Translations under genes and position numbers: made by a program
Assembly (NCBI RefSeq): GCF_037042905.1
Contig: NC_087255.1
Location: 12,462,001 to 12,526,000 of the forward strand
Origin: Lytechinus pictus
Lineage: Eukaryota
Reading direction: 5' to 3'
DNA length: 64,000 nt
Notes under the pieces: model-generated
The model's input: only the letters and a program-made list of their open reading frames with translations
Database searches by the model: none
What the model was told of the DNA's origin: nothing
Part shown: positions 36,204 to 48,400 of the stretch, in pieces
How the letters are laid out: each line of letters opens with the position of its first letter
How positions within the stretch are numbered: position 1 is the stretch's first letter

Positions 36204-39137
36204 ATGATCAACAACACAGATGAATTCAATAATGAAAATAAATATTACACAGTAGCAGAATTTAATAACTCATTTTCGAAAACAAACAGCTTTAGCATTT
36301 TACATATCAACTCAAGAAGCCTCAGCCAAAATTTTGAATATCTTCAACACTTGCTTTGTGCCATCAATTCAGTTCAATTTTCAGTTATTGGTGTCAGTGA
36401 AACCTGGTTCAATAAAAATTCTCCTCCATTATTTAACTTACCAAATTATTATTTGATTAGAGCTGACCGTGTAGGAAGGAGAGGGGGTGGTGTTGCCTTT
36501 TACGTTTCCGACAATTTGAAATTCCGTACTCGAAATGACATAATATTTGAGCGAACTGAAACATTGTTTATTGAGATTGACATACCTAAGAGTAAAAATA
36601 TTATTATTGGCTTAATATACAAACCTCCCAATGTTGAATTTGACATATTTTATCAAAATCTGGAGCAATGTCTTGATAAACTTTCTACAGAGAATAAACA
36701 TATTTATTTCATGGGTGATTTTAATACAAATTTTCTGAATATAAATAATTCTAATACCGAAAGATTTCTTCAATTAACTAATTCTTATGCTTTTTCCTCA
36801 CATATAAATAAACCCACAAGAATAACTGCAGCTTCTGCGACTTTAATAGATAACATTTTTTCTAATATTCATAATGAAACAATCATCGGCGGTTTACTTT
36901 ATTCAGAAGTATCAGACCATTTGCCAATATTCACGATATCCGAAACCAATTCATCTAAAAATAAATCAACAATACCACCCCGCTATAGATTAGAAACTCC
37001 CAGAAAAATTGAATCTTTCAAACGGGACCTTTTTGAAGAAAATTGGAGTGATATTTACAATGAAAATAATGTGCATATTGCTTATGAGAAATTTAACAAT
37101 AAATTACAATTTTATTACGATAAAAATTTTCCACTTGTGAGGAAGCGTCAAAATTCCCGGCAGGCCAAAAACCCGTGGATCACAAAAGGGATTCTAAAAT
37201 CAATACATACTCGAAACAGTCTTTACAAATTACATTTAAAGAAACCATCACCCATAAACGTGCAAAAATATAGGAAATATCGGAACAAACTTACAAATTT
37301 AATAAGATTATCTCGCAAGATGTATTACTCAGACAAATTAACTAAAGTTAGCGCTAATTCAAAGGCGACATGGCGGGTTATAAATGAGATTATCGGAAAA
37401 AAGACAACTGAATTACCTAAAGATGGACTAACTTTAAACGGTGATAAAATCGCAGATAATTCCACTTATGCTTCACAATTCAATTCTTTTTTTAGTAACA
37501 TCGGCCCCCAACTAGCAAATAAGATAGGTAGTTGCAACAATGCACATTTTACTGATTTTATTTCAACGCCATTCGAAAATTCTATTTTTCTCAATCCTAC
37601 CAACCCCACTGAACTCATTAACATTACGAAATCCTTAAACTCTAGTAAGTCACAAGGACATGATAGGATAAGTACATCTATGCTTAAAGAAATTATTCAT
37701 GCTATTGTTGATCCTTTAACTTATATTTTTAATCAATCTATATCATCAGGTGTTTGTCCGAACCTACTCAAAATTGCAAAAGTTACCCCGATCTACAAAA
37801 AAGATGATCCTCATGAAATAAGTAATTACCGCCCAATTTCTATACTTTGTAGTATATCCAAAATCTTAGAAAAAATAATATATACACAATTGTACAATTT
37901 TTTAAACTTGCATAATTTATTGAATCAAAATCAATATGGTTTTAGGAAAAATCACTCTACAGATTTAGCGCTAGTAAATATTTACGACAAAATTACTAAA
38001 GCGATGGCTGATAAAGAACATGTTATTGGAATATTTTTGGACCTAAGCAAAGCTTTTGATACACTTAATCACAAAATATTACTTCACAAACTACATTTAT
38101 ACGGAATACGTGGAAATGCACACAGATGGTTAGAAAATTATTTATCAAACAGACAACAATATGTTACATTTAATGGAATAGATTCAACCTTTAAAACTAT
38201 CGAATGCGGTGTGCCTCAGGGGTCAATTTTGGGGCCGCTCCTCTTCCTATTATATGTCAATGATATATCAAATACTTCGGCCTTATTATCGTTTATCCTC
38301 TTTGCAGATGATACTAATATTTTTTATGCTCACACAGAACTAGAAACTGTAATATCTACTTTAAATGTTGAATTATGTAAAGTATCTACTTGGTTCAAAT
38401 GCAACAAATTATCCTTAAATATAAACAAAACACATTTTATGCACTTTAAGCATTACAATACACATGCTGTTAACAATACAATAGCGATAAATATTGATAA
38501 CGTATCTCTACAGCAAAAACAACATTCAAAGTTTCTAGGGGTAACTATTGATGAAAATTTATCCTGGAATAATCATTTAAGCCAAGTCACAACTTCCGTG
38601 TCCAAAGGTGTTGGAATAATTTCCAAATTAAAATACATATTACCTGAAAAAACTCTCTTTTTACTTTATAATGTTTTGGTGCTTCCTCACATATCATATT
38701 GTAATATAGTTTGGGGTAATTGTGGTAAAACGAAACTTAATCCGATTTTCTTATTACAAAAAAGAGCAGTCCGTATTTGCACAGGATCACAATATCTTGC
38801 TAGATCCAATCCTTTATTTTTTAAATTAAAAACATTAAAAATTTCAGATATAAATACATTTCATGCTGCTATATTCATGTTCAAATACAAAAAGGGATTA
38901 CTTCCCCCTTCCTTTCAAAATATGTTCACCCTGAACAACACCATCCATTCTTATCCAACACGAAACTCCACAAACTTTCATTTAACAAATCCAAAACTAA
39001 TAATAACACACAAATCAATTAGACATTACGGTGCGGATTTGTGGAATGATTTATCACATGACATTAAGCTATGCACATCACTTTATTCATTCAAAGCTGT
39101 TCTGAAAAAAAATACGCTGTCAAGCTATAATTTCTAA
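36204..39137 (+). CDS. LINE ORF2p, APE endonuclease + reverse transcriptase (L2/Crack/Daphne-type), intact
   Basis: HINSRS, GVSETW, GGGVAFY, MGDFN, LIDNIF, SDHLPI (APE); YRPISIL, QYGFR, DLSKAFD, GVPQGSILGP, FADD, KFLGV (RT). Frame open from 36153, first ATG at 36204. Confidence 0.95.
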   Translation: MINNTDEFNNENKYYTVAEFNNSFSKTNSFSILHINSRSLSQNFEYLQHLLCAINSVQFSVIGVSETWFNKNSPPLFNLPNYYLIRADRVGRRGGGVAFYVSDNLKFRTRNDIIFERTETLFIEIDIPKSKNIIIGLIYKPPNVEFDIFYQNLEQCLDKLSTENKHIYFMGDFNTNFLNINNSNTERFLQLTNSYAFSSHINKPTRITAASATLIDNIFSNIHNETIIGGLLYSEVSDHLPIFTISETNSSKNKSTIPPRYRLETPRKIESFKRDLFEENWSDIYNENNVHIAYEKFNNKLQFYYDKNFPLVRKRQNSRQAKNPWITKGILKSIHTRNSLYKLHLKKPSPINVQKYRKYRNKLTNLIRLSRKMYYSDKLTKVSANSKATWRVINEIIGKKTTELPKDGLTLNGDKIADNSTYASQFNSFFSNIGPQLANKIGSCNNAHFTDFISTPFENSIFLNPTNPTELINITKSLNSSKSQGHDRISTSMLKEIIHAIVDPLTYIFNQSISSGVCPNLLKIAKVTPIYKKDDPHEISNYRPISILCSISKILEKIIYTQLYNFLNLHNLLNQNQYGFRKNHSTDLALVNIYDKITKAMADKEHVIGIFLDLSKAFDTLNHKILLHKLHLYGIRGNAHRWLENYLSNRQQYVTFNGIDSTFKTIECGVPQGSILGPLLFLLYVNDISNTSALLSFILFADDTNIFYAHTELETVISTLNVELCKVSTWFKCNKLSLNINKTHFMHFKHYNTHAVNNTIAINIDNVSLQQKQHSKFLGVTIDENLSWNNHLSQVTTSVSKGVGIISKLKYILPEKTLFLLYNVLVLPHISYCNIVWGNCGKTKLNPIFLLQKRAVRICTGSQYLARSNPLFFKLKTLKISDINTFHAAIFMFKYKKGLLPPSFQNMFTLNNTIHSYPTRNSTNFHLTNPKLIITHKSIRHYGADLWNDLSHDIKLCTSLYSFKAVLKKNTLSSYNF

Positions 39138-39613
39138 AATCTTTCTGTGTACCAAACAACTGATAATCCCCCCCCCCCTTGCACATGCACACTCGCACAC
39201 CTGCACTTGCACTTTCACTTTTATCAACGTTATTAATCTTATCTCAATCAAATTTCTCTTCTCTATCCACTTTTGATATATTCCTATTATTTTGTGCAAT
39301 AAAAGATAGTCTCTTTTATTGCACTATACAGTCTGGTTTTCTATCCCCTTTCCTTTCGAGGCCTCCATCGCTTTCAAGCTCCAAGCTTAAGATGGAGGTC
39401 TCCCACATTTCTATATATATGTTCAGTAATTAAAGAAAATGTATATAAATATATAATTTCACAGTACAGTTGATATTTTATAATGATTTATGTTTAAAAA
39501 AATATTTGCTTATTATGTAATATTGAAAAAAAATGTTATACTTGTATATTCTTTGTTTTTTGTTTAGAAATGTGGAAATAAAATAAATCAAATCAAATCA
39601 AAATCAAATCAAA
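39138..39613 (+). mobile_element. LINE 3' UTR with hairpins and (AAATC)n tail
   Basis: Stem 39358-39369/39391-39402; aataaa followed by (aaatc)n at ~39578-39613. Confidence 0.8.
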
Positions 39614-40129
39614 TATATCAGATACCATTATTTTTGCCAACAAAAATCAATTTTATTCTCTGAAAGTTGGATATGTCTCTGAATATTGTGACGGGTCCAT
39701 AATATGTATACGAGGGGTGCATCCTAGCTTACCACTGCATAGGTAAGTCTGAAAATTAAGTTTTGCTTGTTCCTTTCACTTTATAATGATGTTTTAAATG
39801 TTCAAACAACGATAATTCATGACATTGTCACAAAATATTGCGAATGGTCAAGGGTAAGGTTTTTAGACAATGTTTTGGACATTGATAAGGTTTTTTAGCA
39901 TAGGGTTTTGGTCAAGTATAAGGTTTTTAAGCCAAGGGTTTTCGTTAATGCATAAAGTTTTGTTTATCATATGATTTTCAAGCATAAAGTTTTTAGCATG
40001 AGGTTTTTGTTTACGCATGTTTGTTTATACCTCAGGTTTTACTAAAGCAGTATGTTTTATGTAGGCATAAGGTTTCACTTAATTGCAAGGTTTTCAGCAA
40101 AGGGCTTCGGTTAAGCATAAATATGCATA

Positions 40130-41600
40130 ACTAATAATACATCTGATTTATATAGCGTCTTTATCATTTTGATTAAATGCCCAAGGCGCTTAGAAGCGAG
40201 CAAAACATAAAAGTAAAGAGAAGTACAAGAAAGGGTAAATTACAAAAGAGGAAAAATGTCTGTCTTCAAACCTGGTACATGCTGGCGAACAAATGCAATT
40301 TGAGGTTGCCCTTAAAGGATGTTGCAGAGTTTGAGTTTTTCAGCTCCTGTGGTAGTGAATTCCACATGGCTAATCCGGCATGAGCAAAGGTTCTATCGCC
40401 CCAGGATTTTTTATTAGATAGTGGAATATGTAAGAGACTAGATTGGGATGATCGTAGGTCGCAGTGTGCGTGCAGGTTGATAGTGGTGTATAAGAGACTT
40501 GTAATCGGGTGCGGATCCATTGATGATATGATAAACCAAAAGTAGAATTTTGAAAACTATGCGATCCTTTATGGGCAACCAATGGAGGTCTTTAAGAGCA
40601 GGAGTGATGTGATCGTGTTTATTTGACAGAGAAACATTGCGAGCTGCTGAATTCTGAAGTTTTTGAAGTCGGGTAATTTTAGAGTTAGGTATATTAAAGA
40701 AAAGAGTATTACCAAAATCAAGACGTGAGGAGATGAGTGAGTGCACACGTTTCTCTGTTGCAGAACGAGTTAAATATTTTCGAACGAAACCAATGTTACG
40801 CAATTGATAGCGGACAGATTTACAAATACTTGTGACCTGATTTGACATTGACATTTGGAAATCGAAAATGACACCAAGATTGCGGCATGAATCAGAAAGA
40901 GGAACATTATTACCGGCAATGAAAATGGAGTCTATGTTAAGTTTACTTAATTGAGAGTTGGTGCCAAAAAGCATGAACTCACATTTACTGTGGTTCAGTT
41001 GCAGTGAATTTGATTTCATCCAGGTGTCAATTTTCCAAAATGCCCAAAGCTTGGGAAGCTTGAATTTGGTCCGGTGGAAAAGAGACAAAAACCTGTTTAT
41101 CATCGGCATAAATATGGTAATGAACAGGGTGATTTTTGAAAAATATGGCGGAGGCCGCGTATGTAAATTGAAAATAAGGTCGGCCCGCCTACATAGCCCT
41201 GCGGTACTCCACAACCTAATGACCGTTGAGGAGGATGTGAAACCGTCAAGAACGGCAGACTGTGAATGATATGATAGGTAAGATCTAAACCATTAAAGAT
41301 CCTGGTCCTGGATACCTAAGCTTGCAAGAGTATTTACAAGTATTTTGTGATCTACTGTATCGAAGGCCGAAGACAGATCTAATAGGACCATTGCTGTATC
41401 AGATCCAAAGTTCATTTTCTGCAATATAAAACTAGAAACGTTTATGAGTAGAGTCTCAACACTATGATGAGGTCGGTAAGCCGACTGAAAAAGGGTCAAG
41501 TCAATTGTGTTCTAACAAATATTCGTGCAGTCTAATGAACACAACTCTCTCAAGGTTCCTAAACAGAAAGGGAAGATTGCAAACTGGGCGATAGTTATGA
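40130..41600 (-). pseudogene. 5'-truncated, frameshifted L2-type LINE (RT fragment and 3' tail)
   Basis: NYRPVCNLPF, QSAYRPHHSVET, LLDLSSAFDTVDH, WMKSNSLQLN, RNLGVIFD, SRLDFGN, LHWLP in broken frames; tail cgctatataaat...tattatta. Confidence 0.9.
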
Positions 41601-42707
41601 TGGTAGTACACAATAGACGCATAAAACTTAAGGGTCTCTGGGCGTGTGGAAAAGCGGGAAATGTGGTTGGAATCGTAGACAAAGAATTGAGTAAGAATTA
41701 AAACATTCAATATGCATAAACAAAATCATAAAATATCAAAAATTGTACCTACCTTAATTGAACATTCTAAAAGAGGTGGGCATTTAATAGAACATAACCC
41801 AATTACCCAATTTTGGGTAATATAATATTTCGTCGGGGGAGAGAATTGCTGATCATGGACCTGGGAAGAGGGGGTGCTGGGGTGTTCCTGGGGTGCTGCG
41901 TGTATTATTTTCAATAGGCGTGTATTATTTTCCATAGGCAGCACCCCTGGAATCTGGTATGTATGATAAATGACAGAAATGTAATGAAAATGAAACACGT
42001 TTTGTAGGACCCCCCTTCAGAATTTTCCTACACATTGCTTAAAATACTGTTTAAATTCACCCTTTTTTTTAGATCGTAATATCATTTTTTTTAACTCGCG
42101 CTTCGCGCTCGCATTATTTATTTTCATGTTAAAAAAATGTATTTAGAATGCCCAGATTTAAACGAGCGCACCCATGTTATTTAGATTCGCTGATCATATA
42201 TATATATATATATATTGTGTATTTGTGTGTGTGTATATAAAAGAACAATAGAAAACCCAATTGTGTCCCCACCTATGAGGAGAGACTTCATCACCCCCAC
42301 TGAAAAAATCGTTCCCAGGGCCCTGGGTACCCCTTTAAGAGTAAGGACATAAATGATAGTGAAGCGCTTTATATAGGTTCACCCGTTATACTGTTGGTTA
42401 CTTATATAATGTAAGACACTAGCGTAAAGAAGGGGGGGCGGAGGCATGGGGCCACGCCCCAAAAAGTCTTCTAGCCCCCCCCCCCCCAAAAAAAAATAAT
42501 AAAATCAAGGAAAATGGATAAGATATGAATTTATTTTCTAAATGTCAAAAATCAATAACGAAATTAGATTTTCATTTCAATTTTCGCTTGCTTCCCTATC
42601 TCGGGACTTTGAAATGTGAATCAGCCCCGTTAAATCAAGGATCTGCGTAAATTTTGAAAAAAAAGTTTGAATGAAAATTGACGCGTGCAGAACCCCCTCT
42701 ATCAAAA

Positions 42708-43140
42708 CCCGGGGGGGGGGGGGCAGTCAAATATATTGCTGTAAACATGCGTCACCAAAAAAACGCGTTTAAAGGGGTGTTTTTTTCTTCCAGTTTTGGA
42801 CGAGGGCCTCGCGTGCACTCGTTAAGGGTATCAAAAACACCGATTTTTTTTAAAGGGTGGTTTTGAAAGACTGGTCAGTGGTCAATCGCGGGGTCAAACG
42901 TATTAAGGGTATGATTTTTTCCAAACGTGTTAAGGGTATGTTTTTTCCCAAAGTTTTTTCCCCGGGGTCATATTCTGGCGACAACTTGTTTACGGGCCAA
43001 AATGTGGAAATAAAGCCCGCGAAAAACTTGTTTAGGGGGTTATTTTGCACACAGAGAAAAACTCGTTTAGGGGGTGTTTGGAAATAATTTGGTAACGCAC
43101 GTGTACAGTAATACATTTGACTGCCTCCCCCCCCCCCGGG
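42708..43140. mobile_element. MITE with CCCGGG termini
   Basis: cccg(g)n-cagtcaaatatattgctgta ... tacagtaatacatttgactg-(c)n-ggg long imperfect TIR. Confidence 0.8.
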
Positions 43141-43550
43141 TCAAACCAAAATGTTTACGTACGTCATTTGAATCACTGACATTCCTGTGCCCGTAATACA
43201 GAAGCATTGTCGGTGCATTGTAAAGCTTTTTGACCATCCCTTTCAATGACGTCATTGATATCGACCTGGGAGAGAGAGGGGAATCCCAAAACGAAAAATC
43301 TATTACGTAATAATGGGTATGAGCAAAGTGAAAGGATTTGTTGTTCGCAACATGGACCAAAAGTTGTCAGTACTGACTGAGTTCTCAGCTCTGACAATAC
43401 CAGCGTGGTTTCGATTGGCGGAAAACGTGAAGTACTCGTAATGACCTTTTATTACAGGCCTATTGTAACTGGCTAATGGCTGAAACATCCCAGTTTGGAG
43501 AGAAAATGTCGTAAAAAGCGCAACTATGTTCAAACTATACACATAATACG

Positions 43551-44088
43551 CAGTGTTGCAAGGTCCAAGCTGAAGAAAATCCCCGAAAGGCACTTGAAAA
43601 ATCCCCAAAATGGACCCCAAATCCCAAAATTTTTCAAATCATAATTGAAAATTGAGGACTGTTATAAAAACTACATGTGCTCATTTGTTCACACCGCGGC
43701 AGTTATTTTTTATGTTTTTATTTTTTTTTAAAGGTATCGATGCAATGTCAATCGGCAATATCACAAATGCATTTTACAACTATAATCTCAGTTTTCTGAA
43801 TTCATCGGTTCACTTGCGTAATGCATTGGTGTAGATTCCTTGCATTAACTATCTAGAGTAGATCGTATACATCGTTTATATACAAATTAATCTCCATTAT
43901 TGTTTAATATTACTGAAAAATAGCGAATTTAAGTGCTCTTCACCAACAACCTTAAAACAAGCCTTAAGAAGGACAAAAAATCCCCAAATTTATCTTAATC
44001 CCCAAATATTTTTTCATCTCCAAAGGATTCTAAAAACAAAATTTAAAAAAATTGGGAAACTGATGGAAACCCCCAGATGGCAACGCTG
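43551..44088. mobile_element. hAT-type MITE
   Basis: cagtgttgca / tggcaacgctg termini, imperfect 8-bp TSD ataatacg / atgacacg, internal aatcccc repeats. Confidence 0.6.
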
Positions 44089-45434
44089 ATGACACGGCAT
44101 TCTACGGTATATGTACTACAAAACAAGACCAGTTCATAGATACAATCTGCACATTGACATTCAGTAAAACTTATTTTTGTAAAATCAAATTACAAAATGC
44201 TACTGAAAAGCCCGCTGAAAAGTGCCTTTGTTAACTACTCGGTGCGTGACTGCGCGTAACGTCTTCGTACACGGTCGATATACCGATTAAATTAGCTATT
44301 CTTCAGCCAAAGGCCACACACACAAAAGGTGCATTTTGGTTGAGATAATCTTAAAAAAGGGACTTTTTTCACTGAGTGGGATCAGATGATATATTTAGGG
44401 GTCATTCATATTGAATTTATAGTCTTGGTTTGTACGCAGGCTTTGTAGCGTGCGCCTGTAATCCAAGCTGCATGGGGTAAGTTATAAATACGAATCAATG
44501 CCGAGGTTCGAGTCCCTGTCACGTCTTTTGGATGGTGAAGGTTTGCCCAGACGTAGATATTCGTACCGATTGAAGTCTCTAAACACTCATTTTTGTTTCC
44601 ATTGATCTTCAAGAATATTTCTACAGAATTCACATCGATCTACATGTATATTGTTTGTTACATAATTTGACCATCCCCTCCATGACCCCCTCTCTTAATC
44701 ACCTTCTTTCGCTTCTATATCCTCTCAGTCAACCCCCCTCTCCCCTACACTATACCTCTCTCGATTTGGTGACACGACAATTGCTCCTACGACATTTGCT
44801 CCGGGTTCAGTATCTCAGAGGGTTATAAGAGTTGGGATTGTGATAAAGTTTTTGGTATAATATAAAAATGATGACAGGTTTATTTAGTTATTTATGTTAG
44901 ATTTTATGTGACTGTATCTTAACTTAGATATTTACTATCGGAGCAATTGTCGCCGGAACAAATGTCATGGAACCCACGATTTACCCAATCTCTTATAGAC
45001 CCCTCCCCCCCTCATGACACTTTCTCTTGTCTCCCTCGAGGCATGATCGCTAGTCAATGAAGCATGAATCAACATTTCGTATTCGGGAGAAAGGAGAATG
45101 ACGAATGCGTCAATCCCCTTTTGTTATTATTGCGTAATAAATAAAGTTTCTCTTTGTATTCAACTCACAGGAAAAGGAAGTAGATAGCAAGAAATCTCCA
45201 AACGAGGAAAAGCGATGTATATCACTTCTTCCCCGTTTAGAAGTAATCTCTATTTTTCTAATTTCGGTCGCCATTTAACGAGATTGGTGGTTTGGTGTTA
45301 CGCACAGTCATGATGTTCTTTTTGAGTTTGTCTTTGTAACTGCTTCACTGTTGATTATTCATTCCTGTTTTTTCTTGTTCGAAACTTCTGATTTGTATAC
45401 AAATTAAAGTGTGTCGAAGGAAACCGAGTTGAAG

Positions 45435-48400
45435 ATGAATTATTTCTTCACAGAAACCCAAACTACATTGTGTTATTTGTTGTTTCTGATGTGTGTCTTT
45501 CAAGGTAATTCATTAATCTTTTATTTAATTATTTAATATAAAGTTTGATTTGTCATATTACATATTGCACACAAGATTGGGTCCGTTTATGGGTGTCTCA
45601 TAAGCTGAATTCAAATTGAAATAAATTATCTTCAAGATTTAATTAATAACCCGGCAATCGGTATTGAATGGCAATAGTGATGATTCATTTTACAATCCAA
45701 TGATTTGGGGGTGTTTTTATCAAGTAGAGTTAAATTTAAAATCGATTTAAAGGTTGAACCCCTGATTGTTTTTTGTTGATATTGTACTTAAGTTTCATTC
45801 CACTCTTATTCAGGAATCATCCCATTTTTCTGATAGAACATCCCTCATTTATATTCACCCTTATCATATTAACTTCCAATCCTTCATGTACAGCTAGCTC
45901 TCTTACACATTAACACATGCATGCTGTACACTCCTCACACAAGGTCCTTTTGTAAAAACTCAGCTTTTTTCACTCCTCTCTCTCTTTCTCTCCCTCTCCT
46001 TCTACCTCTCCCTTTCTGATTGGTTTAAGAGGATGCAGTCAAGCTTAGACAACAATTTGCATATAGTTTGAATAGTCAATTTATTTAGCAATTTATTAAG
46101 CAAAAAAAGAAATTGCATATGCGTTCAGCTTCGAGACATGTCTGTTCACCTTATAATAAGATAACGAATATCCCTGTATTCTTGTTGAGTATCATTTTGT
46201 TTCCCTTCAATGATGGCTAGTTTTATGTACAAATACGTGTAGGCCTAAACAAGCTTGAGGGTAATACTATTATGTAGGTCTATACATGTAGGCATTTACA
46301 TCTAGGCCTATACATGTAGGCTTACACATTAACGCAGTTAAAATGATTTAAACAATGTTGTTCACTATGTGAATCGCACAGTAGTTGTTTAAACATGTTA
46401 AACAAGTGTTATAATCTTTAACAACAAAGTTTGATGTACAAATACGTGTAGGCCTAAACACGCATGAGGGTAATAATATTATGTAGGTCTATACATGTAG
46501 GCATTTACATCTAGGCCTATACATGTAAGCTTACACATTTACGCAGTTAAAAATGATTTAAACAATGTTGTTCACTATGTGAATCGCACAGTAGTTGTTT
46601 AAACATGCTAAACAAGTGTTTAAAATCTTCAACAACAAAGTTTGAATTAAAATATTAAATCATCAATTATTTAAGCACGGTTGTTTAAGATTTTAAGCAC
46701 TTGCTTAAACTGTTTAAACAACTACTGTGCGATCCACATAGTAAACAACGTTGTTTAAATTATTTTTTAACAGGGTAGGCCTATACATGAAGGTCTGTAC
46801 AAAAAAGCCTATAAAAAGTAAAGGAGAAGTCACACACTAGTTGGCGAATTGGTTAGCTTGACGAAGGCACCACAACATCTATAAATAAATCCTAGTTCTT
46901 GATATCCAGAATTAAATTCTTGATATAAAAAATGTCAAATATTACATCACAAACTGATTTCTTTATATCAAATATTAACCTTTTTACAAAATTTTCATTA
47001 ATTCTGTATGTACACATTTATGACTATCTTCTGCAAATGTATCGATTAACGATTGTATTATAAACAAAACGATTAAATATTGTAAGCCAATGAAAAAAAA
47101 GATCAAACGAAAAAAAAGGCTTTTCAAAAGTTGTTTTCGATCAACAGACCTACATTTTAGACACTGGCGGATCCAGAGGATATGCCGTTCTAACACACGT
47201 GTGCCCCCCTCCCCCCTTTGAAAGCGAAGACATTTTTTGTCAATTTTCCTCGGGAAAATGTGCACCCCCCCCCATTTGGGAAATCCTGGATCCGCCCCTG
47301 ACTTTAGACAAGCAATATCTCGAATGGTGACAACCTTTAGTGAGCTTACTTATCGTATTTTTAAAATTATTTGATCATTAATCTTCGTTTGTTGTCATAT
47401 ATCTGTTTTTTTTTTATTCAACTTGAAATTGAACTGGTACATGCTTACACATTATTGAGGCTTCGAAATCAGTATGCATACTAAATTAATAAATTAAAAG
47501 TATATTAGTTGGTAAGCATTATAAGTGGCCACAATTTGTAGTATTCGTAGTCTAATAGCAACATCAGACGTATATCGCCTGCGTTTAGCATAACAGCTGA
47601 AGGTGGAGGTGGAGGTGTCGAATCCGAGTGGTTTAAGGCGCCTGACTATACATTGAAAGTCCGGGGTTCGGTCCCCGGCCGCGGCACCTATGCCTGTGAG
47701 CAAGGCATTCAATCGACAATGCTATTTTATCCTGCATTGTCGATTAAATGGAAATGCTATACGCATTCTTGGTAACTAGGTGTGCACTTTATGTTTAAAA
47801 AAAAATTAAAAAAATAACAGCAAAGGCAAGTACAATAACTGCAGCCTCCGCCAAGATTATCGGCTCAGAGAGACCGCGGAGTGCCGGAGTATATCTAGAC
47901 CCCTCCGTGTAGGGTGTTAACAAAAGGAAGACCAAAGACTTTAAAAAATCCCCCAAATTGTCTTAAATTCTTTGAATTCATCTTTTTACTGGGCAATCGT
48001 GTGACCCGGGGCAGATATTTTCATCTAAAATATCATATTTAATCAAATTTGGTAACACCTCATTCATTTACCCCGTGTTGCGCTTTTTTTTCTACAGTAA
48101 ACATCTGATATGCCATTCAAATAGTTTTATTTTTCCCTTGCCACTTTGCCTAGTTTATAGTCAACAATGCCCTGATTCTTTCATCGAGTTCGGAGATGCA
48201 AAATACTGTTACCGCCATGGAGGAGTACCGTTTGACAGCGCACGGGTCTACTGCAAAGAAATCGGTGGAGATTTAACAATTATTACATCCCAGGAACAAA
48301 ATGTAAGTAAAAATAATATTTATCACCAACAAATGTAAATCAATCGATTTATGGATTGCTTTCTTGGTTTTGTTTAAAATGCTTCTCTGTCAAATCTACT

